From contig DAOWHF010000223.1 of the NCBI GenBank assembly GCA_030641565.1, positions 1 through 35,519 on the forward strand: a stretch of DNA of 35,519 bases. The letters are read 5' to 3'. Source of the DNA: Methylomarinum sp. (lineage in GTDB: Bacteria > Pseudomonadota > Gammaproteobacteria > Methylococcales > Methylomonadaceae). A program made the position numbers and the translations under genes. This document shows positions 35,479 to 35,519 of the stretch, piece after piece. Within the stretch, counting starts at the first letter, position 1. Every line of letters starts with the position of its first letter. The notes under the pieces were generated by a model. That model was not told where the DNA came from, ran no database searches, and saw only the letters and a program-made list of their open reading frames with translations.

Positions 35479-35499
35479 ACTTTTGGCCCAAAAAAGAAT

Positions 35500-35519
35500 T
35501 GGCGCGGGTGATGGGAATC
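35500..35519 (-). tRNA. 3' end of another tRNA, truncated by the window edge (identity undetermined; tRNA-Gly expected from the thrU-tyrU-glyT-thrT type gene order)
   Basis: The reverse complement ..GATTCCCATCACCCGCGCCA looks like a T-loop/T-stem, a 7-nt acceptor strand, a discriminator and CCA. Only 20 nt are visible. Confidence 0.5.

Overview
This AT-rich window looks gammaproteobacterial, judged by eye from protein similarity to E. coli, Vibrio and Francisella orthologues. Positions ~5490-35519 are almost entirely the conserved transcription/translation supercluster, all on the minus strand. In transcription order it reads: partial tRNA, tRNA-Thr(GGU), tRNA-Trp(CCA), secE, nusG, rplK, rplA, rplJ, rplL, rpoB, rpoC, rpsL, rpsG, fusA, tuf, then the complete S10 operon (rpsJ to rpsQ), spc operon (rplN to rpmJ, including secY) and alpha operon (rpsM to rplQ).

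The left 5.4 kb holds a second EF-G paralogue (+), Fe-superoxide dismutase (-), a small CYTH-domain protein (+), a signal-peptide TPR protein (+) and a 7Fe ferredoxin (+). About 600 nt of apparently non-coding DNA precedes these genes.

I see no rRNA, CRISPR array, transposase/integrase or phage genes, and no convincing novel multi-gene system. This is essentially a core housekeeping region.

Five things are worth a second look:
1. rpoC is split by a single-nucleotide frame change lying exactly on a canonical -1 slippery heptamer (T_TTA_AAT).
2. The str-operon fusA has a degenerate domain-IV loop-I tip and a G3-rich codon usage unlike its neighbours. The unlinked EF-G paralogue keeps the canonical loop and has highly-expressed-type codon usage.
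3. EF-Tu carries a ~10-aa in-frame insertion right after the NKxD motif.
4. The long non-coding stretch upstream of the second EF-G contains a purine-run Shine-Dalgarno (SD) plus a 19-codon hydrophobic mini-ORF and four back-to-back hairpins.
5. Several operon-leader or attenuator-like hairpins occur in the expected intergenic gaps.

All homology statements are by-eye alignments from memory of well-known orthologues. No database search was run.
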